Of a stretch of 62,911 bases of DNA, positions 39,856 through 52,036 are shown one piece after another; the first letter of the stretch is position 1, and each line of letters begins with the position of its first letter. Location: NCBI RefSeq assembly GCF_002113885.1, contig NW_018405437.1, forward strand, positions 228,872 to 291,782, read 5' to 3'. Made by a program: the position numbers and the translations under genes. Source of the stretch: Mizuhopecten yessoensis. Its lineage: Eukaryota. The notes below the pieces were generated by a model. The model did no database searches. It worked only from the letters and a program-made list of their open reading frames with translations, and was not told the origin of the DNA.

Positions 39856-39961
39856 CAATCTGATTAAAACCAGATATTTGGTTCCACTCCCGATACTCTA
39901 TGCTTTGACTGAAACGTAGAGTATCGGGAGTGGAATCAAAGATCTGGTTTTAATCAGATTG
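39856..39961. repeat. ~106-bp near-perfect inverted repeat (fold-back MITE-like)
   Basis: CAATCTGATTAAAACCAGATATTTGGTTCCACTCCCGATACTCTA ... TAGAGTATCGGGAGTGGAATCAAAGATCTGGTTTTAATCAGATTG. Confidence 0.9.
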
Positions 39962-41919
39962 CCAAGTGACCTGATTGTTGATCAATTAAAGTATAACACA
40001 TTGACTATTCGGTCTCCAATATGTTATGAGTAATTACACGTGCATGATACATATTGTAATTGCATTAAATATTAATTCAAACCTGAGATACAAGGTGTGT
40101 TTTCATTTTGAATAATACCTACTGACGTTCCCTAACAACATAAACAAATTAAAAATACAAAAACAAAAAAAAACACGAAACCCTGTTTTTCACCATGTAC
40201 AGATAAGAGTGTCCTTGAAAACAGGCCTGGCTGTTGAGACATGTTTTTATTTAAATAATTGATAACATTTATCGGTCGTCGGAGTTTTATGTAATACTGA
40301 ACTTACACACTATACCACAAGTTGGAGCTTGTCATCGTGCGTACGTGAATATTGCCACTACGTCGTACATTACACAAAATGGTACGGTGACGTATTAAGA
40401 TCAAATTATGAGGGAATAATTAGTTATCTATCATAGGCCAACATCTTAACTTTGCAAGAAGAATGTAAGAGCAGTTTTCACGATTGGTTCGGTCAGATAA
40501 TTAAACGGATAGCTACAAAACAATGTAGCAAATACGTTTTAATTAAAAAGCGAACAAACCTACGATAAGTCCATATCGGAGGTATTACGGAATGTTGTTC
40601 TTTGTCCTCCATTTGTTTTTCAAGATTCCTCCCCAGCAGCTTCGAGATGTTAACATATATATATATTACAATCAAAATATAAATTGAAGATTTGTTTGAT
40701 AATTGGCACACAGATATATGAAATTTTCGCATAAAAGGCTAACCCGCCAAAGAAAGGCAGACGATTAATTACTTGTTCTTAGTTGTTCCGTTCGAAATAA
40801 GTACAGTACAGCAAATTTTAGTGTCACTAGGTATCGCAGACCCGTCATGTCGCCGACACCCTTCCTGTTCCCAACCCCAGTATCACACAGTGCACTGATT
40901 ACGTAACCTGTTATTTTTATTTACATTCAACCCTTTCACCCCTATTTAGCTTAAGAACACTTTACCGTGCGTTGATCTTGATCAGTCCATTATGGTCTAC
41001 AGTGGTGATATGTTTAACCATCCTTGTCCAACACGCACAATGTGCATGCATGCACGTATACCAGTTTGTAACCTAATTTTTGTACATATTGTTTTATTCA
41101 ATGTACATTTTATCATCTTCTCTATTTACCATACATTAACAAACTATGAAACAGCTGATTTTCCGATCGACAACTTGATTAAAAAAAAATATGGAACAAA
41201 ACATTCGCTGTGCTACTACACGCTGTAGTGGTTTAAAGAGAGTGATCTGATACTGTTGTGTTACAGTATTAGTCGTGCGCCTGGAAACCATTCAGGCTCA
41301 TTTTTCACTCTTCTAATGCAATTGAGTTGACATTCTTTGCAGCTTGATAGTAAAATTTACCATCTAAATATAGCAATGCGTGAATATAAAATGGAGGTAA
41401 TCTATAATCATTAGTCTTTCAGGTAACTAATACCTGTTTGTTCCTCAGTTTGACAATGATATATTGATGGTGAGTTGCTTTTAAATAAAAAAGAAAAGGT
41501 CGTTTGCTACACGTTCTCCTTCATATATTGGTCTTCTTTTTCTGGGTGTATGCTGTGGTTTTTGTTTTTGCATTACACATTAAACAGCTTGTCCACACGT
41601 TTGAATTTCGGAGGCTCCAAACGGGTTAGGGTAATATCAAAATTGCATAAAGGCACATTTTCATATAAAAACCAATGTAAACAGCCTTTATATCTACATA
41701 AAATACACCAAGAAACCCTGACCCAGCGCAATTTTCGAAGTGCGACAAACAGTTACGTAAGGTAATTACAAATGTAAAAGAGAATCAATTATTACCTTAT
41801 ACAATGAACATGTCGATACATATGTTTACGCTGAAATTGGCAGAACAAAAAAATTGCCAACAAGTAAAAATAAAATTGGTTCAGTTTGGTTTGGTCAATT
41901 GAGTAAAAAGTTCATTTAT

Positions 41920-43185
41920 GGACTTGCTTCCCTCTGTGTAACATGTGCGTGTTAATTGGACGGTATCATATGTTGGTGTATTTCCCTCCTTGTGATAGCC
42001 AGAATATAATGACTTGCTTTCCTCTGTGTAACATGTGCGTGTTAATTGGGCGGTATCATATGTTGGTGTATTTCCCTCCTTGTGATAGCCAGGATATAAT
42101 GACTTGCTTCCCTCTGTGTAACATGTGCGTGTTAATTGGGCAGTATCATATGTTGGTGTGTTTCCCTCCTTGTGATAGCCAGGATATAATGACTTGCTTC
42201 CCTCTGTGTAACATGTGCGTGTTAATTGGACGGTATCATATGTTGGTGTATATCTCCCTCCTTGTGATAGCCACGATATAATGACTTAGTTCCCTCTGTG
42301 TAACATGTGCGTGTTAATTGGACGGTATCATATGTTGGTGTATTTCCCTCCTTGTGATAGCCAGGATATAATGACTTTCTTCCCTCTGTGTAACATGTGC
42401 GTGTTAATTGGACGGTATCATATGTTGGGGTATATCTCCCTCCTTGTGATAGCCACGATATAATGACTTAGTTCCCTCTGTGTAACATGTGCGTGTTAAT
42501 TGGGCGGTATCATATGTTGGTGTATTTCCCTCCTTGTGATAACAAGGATATAATGACTTGCTTCCCTCTGTGTAACATGTGCGTTGTAATTGGGCGGTAT
42601 CATATGTTGGTGTTTTTATTCCCTCCTTGTGATAGCCAGGATATAATGACTTACGTCCCTCTGTGTAACATGTGCGTGTTAATTGGGCGGTATCATATGT
42701 TGGTGTGTTTCCCTCCTTGTGATAGCCACGATATAATGACTTGCTTCCCTCTGTGTAACATGTGCGTGTTAATTGGGCGGTATCATCTGTTGGTGTATTT
42801 CCCTCCTTGTGATAGACAGGATATAATGACTTGCTTCCCTCTGTGTAACATGTACGTGTTAATTGGGCGGTATCATATGCTGGTGTGTTTCCCTCCTTGT
42901 GATAGCCACGATATAATGACTTGCTTCCCTCTGTGTATCATGTGCGTGTTAATTGGGCGGTATCATCTGTTGGTGTATTTCCCTCCTTGTGATAACAAGG
43001 ATATAATGACTTGCTTCCCTCTGCGTAACATGTGCGTGTTAATTGGGCGGTGTCATATGTTGGTGTGTTTCCCTCCTTGTGATAGCCAGGATATAATGAC
43101 TTGCTTCCCTCTGTGTAACATGTGCGTGTTAACTGGGCGGTATCATATGTTGATGTATTTCCCTCTTTGTGATAGCCAGAATGTA
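41920..43185. repeat. 90-bp tandem repeat, ~14 copies
   Basis: Unit GACTTGCTTCCCTCTGTGTAACATGTGCGTGTTAATTGGGCGGTATCATATGTTGGTGTATTTCCCTCCTTGTGATAGCCAGGATATAAT. Confidence 0.97.
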
Positions 43186-45554
43186 ATGCCGACTTTAGAG
43201 TGCTTCCTCACAAAACAAGGTATTCAACCCAGTCACGTTATGGGAAAATCACTTTTCTACCCTAAAGGACATTGTACACATATGAAATATTTTTAATAGA
43301 AAGAGTATTGAACTAATGGCATCTCCATCTCTTTCATTAAGAATCTGGTTCAATCCAATTCACTGTTGTTTAAAAATCGTCTTCGACCACTTTCGATTAG
43401 CCCGGCATATCCTTCGACTCGAAGACTAGAAGAAATTATGAGGTCGTCGAGAAGGAAGTTAAAGTGTAAATAAAGAAAGTGCAGGCAAACGAATTTCTAT
43501 AAAATAGTAATCCATATCTTATTTAATCATAATTATGGAGAAAATATCACGGCTACTTCGCTGTATTTTTACAATTTTTACCCAACTGTTTTCGTTGTGT
43601 TCGTCGTATTTTAGTTATAACCCTAAACACCCTTTGAGCCATGGGGGCCCCAAAACCACCGTATTTGTTCCCGCACTTAATAAAAAATAACTAAAAATAA
43701 GAATTGTGGTGCGAAATAACAACTCGAATGATGTTTTCATCGACTGATACAAAAGGCTACCGTATGGTACACGTTCTGTGATGACCTCACTCTTTGAAAT
43801 CAAAGCGTTCTGATGATGTAATCATTTTGATACGTTATCAGGAGTACATTGGCTCATTGAAATCCGTCCTTGGATTAGCGCGCACAATCAGCAACCATTT
43901 TTTATTTTTCGTAAATATTGATAAACTTTATCGGTCGTCTGAGAAACTCTTTAGATAACAAACTTGAAAACAGGTTGCAATGTACTTAACATCCCTGCTT
44001 ACACAACTATTTGTGTGATTTTTTTTATATAACAAGATAACTGTATACGTGAATTCCATGTGAATGTTTAACGTGCATCACCCAAGATCCGGGGTAGTGG
44101 ACTCTGCGATACTATTTCTTGTTCCCCGAGGTTTGTCGTAACATGGATGGCGACTTGTATTGATTTTGAGTAGTGACGCGGTTCATGACACGCACACTTT
44201 GTACACGTTTATGATTTTGAAATTACCCAGTACTCATCTGTATTTTAAATTCATAAAGTTAAGGGGTTAATTACTAATGTATAAAGGTGTCGTAACGTGT
44301 GTATCTTTCATTCAATCTTGATAGACTGGTAATTCATTAGTGTGCTTTACTGATTAAAAGAAATATTATAATAATGTAGTTGATTTCTATGGAGATAAAA
44401 TGGTGCTGCATTTCATTACAATATATTCAGGATTAAGAGTACGCATGAATGCATAACAAAGCATAGGTTGCGAACTATGTGTGCACGAGATATTGAAAGA
44501 AGTAATATTTATTTCTTACAAAGTTCCTTATCAGCGGCAAAATTAAAATAAAAACAATAAGCTAGGTATTACCAAATAGTAAATTTAGATATGCATACCT
44601 GTTTTTCTGTGCACGTCGCTTTTAAATGTATAGTAGTAACCCGACTTAGTTAATTGATGATTTTAAACACGTGTAGGTGTTAGAACGACAGATATCAATG
44701 GACTTACCATGCTATTCAGGATATAAAGTAATATATAGACGACCAGTATACCAGTCCTTGTTTACATAAAGTTTTATATATTATAAAATATAATTACATA
44801 CGTCCCGTTTTTGTATATCCGACATTCCTTTTGGACATGAGCTAGGCAGAAAAGGAATCCAGAAGATTGATGCAAACGGACCAAAACACTATCTTTCCTG
44901 GGGGCGTAATGGTATCACATTATGAACGGAAATTGATAAAACGTTTAAAAGTAATGATTCATGCAACCAATTCGAGATTTACAAAGGGTGTAAAATTACA
45001 TTTTGTGTATAGATTAATGATATGTGGTGAATTATCGTAACAAAGATTGACTTTCGGTCAAAACATTAGCCGTTTATAAAATGTTGTTGAGGTGAAAATG
45101 TGAAAAACAGTTTTAAAATAACACTTTTTTGGTAACATAATCTTTATTTCTTACCCTGTTTAAAAAACAATTCACTCAAAATATAAAGCAAATCTAATAA
45201 GTGTTCTGTTTGAACATTATAAAAGGTCACAGTTAAACTTATCTGATAATACTACTTTCCATATATGACATGCACTTGCTAAATGCTAAAGCGATATCGA
45301 CTATAGTGATAACGTCCTGCTACTTTATAACAAGGACGGCAGTGTCTAAAGCTATTTAGTCACATACAGTATACTATGTACTATAAAAATCATTTAAAAT
45401 TCCCTAGGCAAAAACAGTTAAATCTTTATTAAAAGAAAGCACGCGTGTTACTTGGAACAAAAGCATATAGTCCTAACATGATGGCGATTCATCTTGCAGA
45501 TTGATAAAGCGGAATATATCAGACAGAGTAAATCGTTCTGTTTGTTCTTGTCTC

Positions 45555-48500
45555 TTATGCCTTGATACATGTGAAGTTGCAAGCCAAAGGACTTCCGATA
45601 TGGCGTTTGTCCTTAACTTGCCAGCCAGAACTGGTTAAAAACTTTTCTTTGTTTTCGGTTCCCCAACCTACGCCGTATCCAGCTCCACCTTCTATCGCCA
45701 TACTGCGTGGGAGACATGATACGGAACTAAGGGCGTATCCCACTCCTGCCACGTAACTATCACCGACGTTATCCCTATGGTTACTGTGTACTTCCGGGTC
45801 CGTGATGGATGCGTCACCTCCGTCCTTCAAGACGCGATTAACCTCCTTCATGACACTAACATGATCAGCCAGATCATGAAGAAGGTCATACAAGATCACC
45901 CAGTCAAACTTGCCTTTCCAGTCTGCGGGTAAAGATGTCGCGTCCTCTTTTAGAAACTTCACGTTTTTGATGCCTTCCGCTTTGGCGGCTGCAATGGCTT
46001 TGGTTGTTGCAACTTCGCTGTAGTCAACACCGTATATTTCTGCGTCTGGAAAATGCCTGCGTAACGCTCTAGTTAAACATCCTGCTCCGGATCCTAGATC
46101 AAGAATGGTGACCATCGACTCTAAATGTACAATGAAATTTGACGTTAGAGATTTTACATTGATCAAGATCTTGCTTGCGTGATATATTCATGTGATGTTT
46201 TTCATACCACTACACATACAAGTATACCCCAGAATAGTACTATGCGCACATATAAGATTTATACAGTACCGTTGTTTGTTTGACATTGATAAAGGTTTTC
46301 TCTATTCGGTTTCAAAATATGCATTGCCTTGCATGTACAACAGAACATTACTTGCAAATGAGGAGGTTATACAATTATGTAATAGACCCTTACTTGTGAG
46401 GGTATCAAGACAACGGCAGAACCTTACTTCTGTGAGTGTACATGTAAAGCATTACATATAAGCAATAACATGTGAACAACATGACATTTTGCTCCAGACA
46501 ATATCACAAGGAATACCATGTTGAAGAGGAAAATATCGTAACATTAGAGTTTGAGTCCACGGGTGAGTAGTAATAAAGACTAGCGTTTTCTCTGGGCGGA
46601 GTCAACAAGATTAATGATAATATGTCAAAACAAAGAAATGTGATAAAATCCTACTCTAGTGGCAATACATTTAAAAATTCTCCGCTGTACGGGAGAAAGA
46701 TAGACTCATTATTCGCGAGAATACAATGTCATATAAACTCCTCACTTTGCAAGAGCATTAAGCGTATTTCTCTTTTATGAAGTCCAAACGACAAAAAGTG
46801 TCTTTGGAATATATACGGCATTTTGCAAGAATTTTACGATGAACTTGTCAATTTCTGTTTGATCAATGCAATTTGATGAAAAAGTGCTATAAGCCGGACT
46901 AAATGTAATTCGATACATCCTTATTATGCTTGAAATTAATTCAAATTGGTCGGGAGCCAATATCTCTAGAGCAAAATTAATAAAATATCAATTATGAGTT
47001 GTTATAATGCGATAAAACCTTACTTGTGAGTTTCTTGGCTGGCTCCAGGAGCTGGGTCACAACAGTGTCTGTATCTGACATCCTGTCGTCAGTGACGTCA
47101 AAGACCTCGTCTGGCTCATCACCAAGGGGGTAACCTAGGAGTGATTTCTAAGTATCAATTAACTTGATATTATGCCGCTAGGTGCGGGTTTGACTCAGGA
47201 TCTCGAATTGTATCGATGTTGTTTATGTTATGGCAACCCTTGTTTAAAGTATCACTTTTCTCTTTTGTATGCATTGTTATAGGTTTGTACATGAAAAAAT
47301 AGTAAAATAAAGTTCGGTTTGAGAAATTCATTAGGAAAGTTACCCTTACCCCTATAAACTAAAACTGTCTTTGTCAGTTCTATGGTATATTTTCCTGGAT
47401 ATTAATATTATTAGAAAATAGAAACTTATATTCAGTAGAAGAGACTAATGCCATATGTTCCTTATATACATAGTAGCATCTGGGCGTTTTAAAAGGTTCG
47501 TCTAGGTAGTTGCTACACTAACCTCGAGGTCCATCCTTTCTGAAGCATTTCTTTGCTTTAGCAGTCAAAGTACCAATGACAGGAAAAAGGAAGGCAAACT
47601 CAATTCCCTGAAGTCCCGGTTTGAGTGACGTAGGGATGAAGTATTTGTCGGAGGTATCTATTGATACGATCCTGGTGGCGACCATACAGCCCAGCCACTC
47701 CTGGACATACCTACAAAGGGAGGTAATTACATTTAATACATCACTAATTAGACTGTGCAGACTAGCCACTGCCGGACATACTTGCAAACGGAGGTAATTA
47801 CACGTTAATTATCACTAGTCAGGCCGTACGTTAGTCTAGCCATTCCTGCACATATTTACAAAGGGAGATAACCACTCGTTTTACATCAATATTCGGATCG
47901 TACAGCCCAGCTACTTAATCTTGAGGTTCGTTTTTTTCTCCTAAATTATATATTCCATTCGGTGGCGAATTAAGTATGTCCTTAAAGGGATAGCAAGATG
48001 CCCAACAGGTCTCAACGCTCACATGAATTTCATTGATTTAGAGTCAATAACTACAACTTGTTTTGAAAAATTCCTGCAACTGAAAGGCGAGGATGGCTAT
48101 GTTGGATTTTCAGATTAGCACAAAATGCAAGGACACTTCTTTGGAAGCAACGAGTCAGGAATTAACACAATTTAAAGAAGCTAAATAAGTGCTATACAAT
48201 ATGTACAAACTGATCTAGTTTCTTAACTAACAGATATTGTCTATATGTATTGCACGATCAGTAAACACAATATGTCTTTAATACAGCACAAACAGTTAGA
48301 CAAGAGGCCAATGGGACTTGACGGTCACCTGTTATTTAAATAAACATGTATGTTATTTGTTGTTGTGATGTATAAAATAGAATTAAAAGCGCCATACGAT
48401 CTTCCCATCTATGAAGAGGATTTGATTCCACCATTTTGTCCACGCCCCTAAGACCCCGGAGGTGCACCTTACGATCTTCTCATCTGTCCCCGCCCCTAAG

Positions 48501-50189
48501 ACCCCGGAGGTGAGTCAGTTATCAATGTTTATATCTCACTGCAATAACAGGATGGTAATTCCAAACAATTTTAAATTATTTTCCACTGAAAGAAATCAAA
48601 ATATAAACTATAATAAACTTTAGATAGAATGGATGACACGGGGGAAACGAAAATCACAATTTTGATACAGCACCTTATGACAGTGACGGGTATTTGATTC
48701 CAGCATATCGGGGTCTGAAGAAGACTGTTTAGGTTTTAGCCAATCGGACCACTTTTTGCCACGCTCCTCAGGCCCCTTGGGGTTAGATCCAAATAATTCA
48801 TAAATTTGGTTTGGCTTTGATAAGATAGCCTTTCTGCAAAGTTTAATCGAAATTGGTTCAGTTGTTTTGAGAAGCCAAAAATGTAAATAGTTTACGCACG
48901 ACGCACGAGCACGGACGAAGACGGTTGGCAATAGCTCTCATGAACAATCATGTGAGCTAACTATAGGAAAGATGGTCAGGATAGTTTGTTCCACTCCTTC
49001 AGTACAAAGCGTAATCTTACCACTGTATCCTTTAATTGTTCGGTCACAATAACTGTTTAGTTGAACAACAAGCAGAGCCAGCGATAAATGTTGTTGATAA
49101 GGGTTCTTATGATTTTCGGTATCCAACACAATGCGACAAGTCCGTATTTTTAGATTTGATAGGTACATGTACTGGGACAGAATAAAATACAAAAGTATGA
49201 TAAGCTTTCATTTCCTCATTCGAATATTTACAAATGTATTGGTGGGATTTCCTTGATAACTATACAAGCCTTTTCTCTTTGTAAGGAGGAAATGCAATAG
49301 TCTTTTTCAAAAAAGGATCAGGTTTGTCGCTGAAGTTTGTCAGTCACCACAAGTCCTTGCTTATCATGCAGATCGTTTAGAGTAGTTTGGAAATCGTGGT
49401 ATTGAATACAGACTTTTGTTTTGTTTTCATTTTGGATTTCAAGCTGATGATTCGCTTTTTGTATTGAGTGACCTCGTATATTAGCCGGCTCTGAAAATGT
49501 ATCAACTTCGGCATGTCTGTGCCCAAAGTTTAGCACAGCCTTCGTCAGAATCTGCCCATGAATTCCCCAATTGGTGATAGGAGTCTCTCTTTGTATCCTT
49601 CGTGATTGTTAACCTAGCTTTACAGTAAAGGTAATATTAAGATCTGCAGTGACTACATGTCCAGCATGACCAAAGTAAAAATATAGAGTAAGATCCTGTC
49701 GAAGGGGGCGTTGTCCTGAGGCCATCTAATTTCAGCTCGTAAAGCGTTGGTCTGTAGTTATGTAGAAAATGTAGCAGCTATATGCTCAGCAAGACATACT
49801 TGGGGTACATCGATAATTGAGTAACAGTGGTGTGTTATCTATGACGGATTTTATGAAAATCAAGGTAAGGGAGGTCGTATTAAAAAAAAAAAAAAAAAGT
49901 GACCGAAGAATGTCAAAAATTGTTGATAAATATTGACCGTATGGTCACTTTGTATGTTTAGGGCTTATTAAACACCACTCGCATTAAACATCTCTAACAC
50001 AATAGAGCAGACACATGCTTACCTCTCCTTCAGATTGCAGGCGTCTGCTAACTGCTGTGAAGACACGGGTTTGTCAAGTTTTTTCAACTCATCAAAAAGG
50101 CCAAGATCTCTACCTATTGTGAGCGAGGAGGTGATGTAACTCCCAGCGATGAAGTTCGATATATTTTGAGAATATTCTTTCAAATCCAT
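45555..50189 (-). CDS. SAM-dependent methyltransferase, Rv2258c-like (N-terminal winged HTH/dimerisation + class I MTase), copy A, 4 exons, 343 aa
   Basis: Exons 50189-50023 (MDLKEYSQ...LGLFDEL...QLADACNLKER), 47710-47523 (YVQEWLGCMV...KCFRKDGPRG), 47134-47024 and 46120-45555. GT-AG, phases 2/1/1, total 1032 nt. Motif I ILDLGSGAG, GVDYS, EDA, FDWVILYDLLHD, LKDGG, and a C-terminal S..CLP.S.....G.G.GWG typical of the family. Confidence 0.92.
48300..48960 (-). mobile_element. Helentron-like non-autonomous element in MTase A intron 1
   Basis: ACAAGAGGCCAATGGGACTTG (short palindrome) + GGTCACCTG at one end; TTTACGCACGACGCACGA..CGGACG microsatellite and TAGCTCTCATGA..TCATGTGAGCTA hairpin at the other. 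Same layout as 8025-9050. Confidence 0.7.
49040..49700 (-). mobile_element. Decayed Penelope-like retroelement fragment
   Basis: Broken minus-strand frames DTFSE..IR, LNDLHDKQGLVVTDK and WIPK.HKNPYQQ.FIAGSACCSTKQL match the LH.K.V.V.ADK and YWIPKLHK.PY..RFIAGS..CSTK motifs of Penelope-like RTs. Confidence 0.65.
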
Positions 50190-50718
50190 TTTGCTATTTC
50201 AGCTTTGAAACGCCTTCCTAGACCTTTAACAACAGTTGACGAGAAGGCCCTTCCGATCGGTTTGTCCCGGGCGCGAATGAAATCAAATGGTTATCTGCAT
50301 TTATATATATCTGTAGAATTGAGCTACGAAAGCCGCCCAGTGCTATATCTGAGCACTATATCGTGTCACTGCATTTTGAAATAGCACAAGTCACCTACCT
50401 AGCAACCTTTCCTTGTCCTATGTCTCAATTTCGATATGACGATTATTTGAAAACTTGTATTGCTGCATTTTATTTTCAAAGTCAGAGTAGATTAATATGA
50501 TCAACCCTCTAGAGGACAGACATTATACAGTTGACTCGTGTATAGCATTATAACGATTTCTTTATTGGGCTGTTAGGATTAGGATGTTATTAACTTTAAG
50601 AGGATCATCATTATAAAAATCTAATATATAATTATCATCCAAAACCCCTCTTCAATCCAAGATGGCGGCTTACATACACAAATGGTAATTAGTGAACCAT
50701 CATTATGACAAACCCTTC

Positions 50719-51177
50719 CCGCGGGAAACGACGACGCCGAGTACCGCATTTTCTGACGCGGGAAACGACGGTGCCGGGTACCGCAGTTTCTGACGCGGGA
50801 AACGACGGTGCCGGGTACCGCATTTTCTGACGCGGGAAACGATGGTGCCGGGTACCGCAGTTTCTGACGCGGGAAACGACGGTGCCGGGTACCGCAGTTT
50901 CTGACGCGGGAAACGACGGTGCCGGGTACCGCAGTTTCTGACGCGGGAAACGACGGTGCCGGGTACCGCAGTTTCTGACGCGGGAAACGACGGTGCCGGG
51001 TACCGCAGTTTCTGACGCGGGAAACGACGGTGCCGGGTACCGCAGTTTCTGACGCGGGAAACGACGGTGCCGGGTACCGCAGTTTCTGACGCGGGAAACG
51101 ACGGTGCCGGGTACCGCAGTTTCTGACGCGGGAAACGACGGTGCCGGGTACCGCAGTTTCTGACGCGGGAAACGACG
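50719..51177. repeat. GC-rich 37-bp minisatellite, >=12 near-identical copies, running into the assembly gap
   Basis: Unit GCGGGAAACGACGGTGCCGGGTACCGCAGTTTCTGAC. Confidence 0.97.
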
Positions 51178-51797
51178 NNNNNNNNNNNNNNNNNNNNNNN
51201 NNNNNNNNNNNNNNNNNNNNNNNNNNNNNNNNNNNNNNNNNNNNNNNNNNNNNNNNNNNNNNNNNNNNNNNNNNNNNNNNNNNNNNNNNNNNNNNNNNNN
51301 NNNNNNNNNNNNNNNNNNNNNNNNNNNNNNNNNNNNNNNNNNNNNNNNNNNNNNNNNNNNNNNNNNNNNNNNNNNNNNNNNNNNNNNNNNNNNNNNNNNN
51401 NNNNNNNNNNNNNNNNNNNNNNNNNNNNNNNNNNNNNNNNNNNNNNNNNNNNNNNNNNNNNNNNNNNNNNNNNNNNNNNNNNNNNNNNNNNNNNNNNNNN
51501 NNNNNNNNNNNNNNNNNNNNNNNNNNNNNNNNNNNNNNNNNNNNNNNNNNNNNNNNNNNNNNNNNNNNNNNNNNNNNNNNNNNNNNNNNNNNNNNNNNNN
51601 NNNNNNNNNNNNNNNNNNNNNNNNNNNNNNNNNNNNNNNNNNNNNNNNNNNNNNNNNNNNNNNNNNNNNNNNNNNNNNNNNNNNNNNNNNNNNNNNNNNN
51701 NNNNNNNNNNNNNNNNNNNNNNNNNNNNNNNNNNNNNNNNNNNNNNNNNNNNNNNNNNNNNNNNNNNNNNNNNNNNNNNNNNNNNNNNNNNNNNNNN
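51178..51797. other. Assembly gap (N run)
   Basis: 620 Ns between two different tandem arrays. Confidence 1.
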
Positions 51798-52036
51798 CCA
51801 AACTAAGACAATACTTTCTCTTTACCCAAACTAAGACAATACTTTCACTCCACCCAAACTAAGACAATACTTTCACTCCACCCAAACTAAGACAATACTT
51901 TCACTTTACCCAAACTAAGACAATACTTTCACTCCACCCAAACTAAGACAATACTTTCACTCCACCCAAAACTAAGACACTGCTTTCACTTTACCCAAAC
52001 TAAGACAATACTTTCATTTTACCCAAACTAAGACAC
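51798..52036. repeat. 28-bp minisatellite, ~8.5 visible copies
   Basis: Unit CCCAAACTAAGACAATACTTTCACTCCA. Confidence 0.95.

Noticed and set aside
42487-43296. 269-aa Cys-rich repeat ORF (and 41943-42281)
   Set aside because: By-product of a 90-bp tandem repeat; neighbouring units carry frameshifts and stops, and no splice or signal-peptide context was seen.
50689-51806. Long ORFs across Ns (also 56930-57245)
   Set aside because: Artefacts of assembly gaps and a stop-free minisatellite.
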